Positions 63,330-64,000 of a stretch of 64,000 nt of DNA are shown here, one piece after another (position 1 is the first letter of the stretch; each line of letters opens with the position of its first letter). The notes under the pieces were generated by a model that worked only from the letters and a program-made list of their open reading frames with translations, was not told where the DNA came from and ran no database searches. The stretch is from Mizuhopecten yessoensis. Lineage: Eukaryota. Both the position numbers and the translations under genes were made by a program. The DNA lies in the NCBI RefSeq assembly GCF_002113885.1, contig NW_018408917.1:1137390-1201389 (forward strand), in the 5' to 3' direction.

Positions 63330-64000
63330 CTATGTTTGAGAGTAGCCCAACACCTTATTTGGGCCTTTCTGCATACAGTCTATCCTCCAATGACCGGGCT
63401 TCCCACACGCAAAACATGTTCCAGGACGTCTGGTCGTGCCTGTCGTCGTCGTCGCCTCTGCTGTCACAGGCTGGCTCTGTGTATGTGTCTTCGCGGGGGC
63501 GCCATAGGGAAAATATCTCCTTTGACGTGCAGCTCTCTGATTTTTCATTTTCCGTTGAGCCCGTGCTTCCGCTCTCGAAATCCGTTTCTCATCCTCGGAA
63601 TCCTCCGCCAAAGCATTCGTCTCGTACTCCTCTACTACTTTCCATCCCGTTTCAGAGGAGTCGGCTAACCTAATTAACTTCTGTCTATGTTTCAAAATGT
63701 CCATACCCTCGGCAATTTTCGTGCTGGCCCTCTCCCTGTATACGTTGTGTGACGGGTTTTCCTGCAACGCAGACTGTGCCTCCTGTAACTTGTGTTCTAT
63801 CTTTGCATTTACTTTGAACTGTTCCTCGTTTCCTTTCTTCTTAAATTGGTACGGCGATATTTCCGACATTTTAGATAATTGAACGTCGGAAATAGCTCTC
63901 TGGGTTTCGTTAATTTCTTGCTTAAATGATTCCAGCTTGGACGTCATAATCTCTTCTAATTTATCTAACATATCACTCTGTGAAAACGTGCGCTGGCCCG
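63330..64000 (-). CDS. Gag-like protein of a DIRS-type element (frame open to the window edge; 213 aa from M63971)
   Basis: FKKKGNEEQFKVN, RQKLIRLADSSETGWKVVEEY..LAEDSEDEKRI, zinc knuckle CFACGKPGHWRIDC (CX2CX4HX4C). Confidence 0.88.
   Translation of the reverse strand, partial: GQRTFSQSDMLDKLEEIMTSKLESFKQEINETQRAISDVQLSKMSEISPYQFKKKGNEEQFKVNAKIEHKLQEAQSALQENPSHNVYRERASTKIAEGMDILKHRQKLIRLADSSETGWKVVEEYETNALAEDSEDEKRISRAEARAQRKMKNQRAARQRRYFPYGAPAKTHTQSQPVTAEATTTTGTTRRPGTCFACGKPGHWRIDCMQKGPNKVLGYSQT

Larger units (their letters stand above)
61951..64000 (-). mobile_element. DIRS-order (Ngaro/PAT-like) tyrosine-recombinase element: gag and YR with no RT/RNase H between them; truncated by the window edge and the gap
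   Basis: Intact gag-like ORF with a CCHC knuckle followed 45 nt later by the first ATG of an intact YR ORF; non-coding 3' region 61951-62343. Confidence 0.85.

Noticed and set aside
62840-63882. Plus-strand ORFs (62840, 63284, 63288, 63697) as genes
   Set aside because: Antisense shadows of the gag and YR ORFs with no recognisable motifs

Overview
AT-rich, repeat-dense eukaryotic (animal) genomic DNA with GT-AG introns and two N gaps (8522-8538, 61531-61950). The repeat types suggest a bivalve mollusc (inference): Helentron-type HINEs carrying satellite arrays, tRNA-derived V/Meta-type SINEs and Kolobok. I reconstructed three spliced host genes by hand, all on the + strand with consistent exon phases. 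(1) A 278-aa short-prodomain caspase-fold protein (4003-15471, 5 coding exons) that has lost both catalytic residues (SHG->SFG, QACRG->MGNDN), i.e. an intact pseudo-caspase. (2) An SLC52A-type riboflavin transporter (26114-28857, 478 aa). (3) A phosphoethanolamine N-methyltransferase-like gene (55390-58861, start exon unresolved) that encodes only the N-terminal MT domain and then stops. The rest is mostly mobile DNA: two decayed CR1/L2-group LINEs with virus-like 2A (DxExNPGP) motifs, an internally deleted Academ-like transposon, nested Kolobok/HINE/LINE insertions, SINEs, MITEs and a ~50-copy 38-bp minisatellite. At the right edge lies a DIRS/Ngaro-type element with intact gag and tyrosine-recombinase ORFs directly abutting and no RT/RNase H between them. 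All assignments come from reading motifs by eye; no searches were run.
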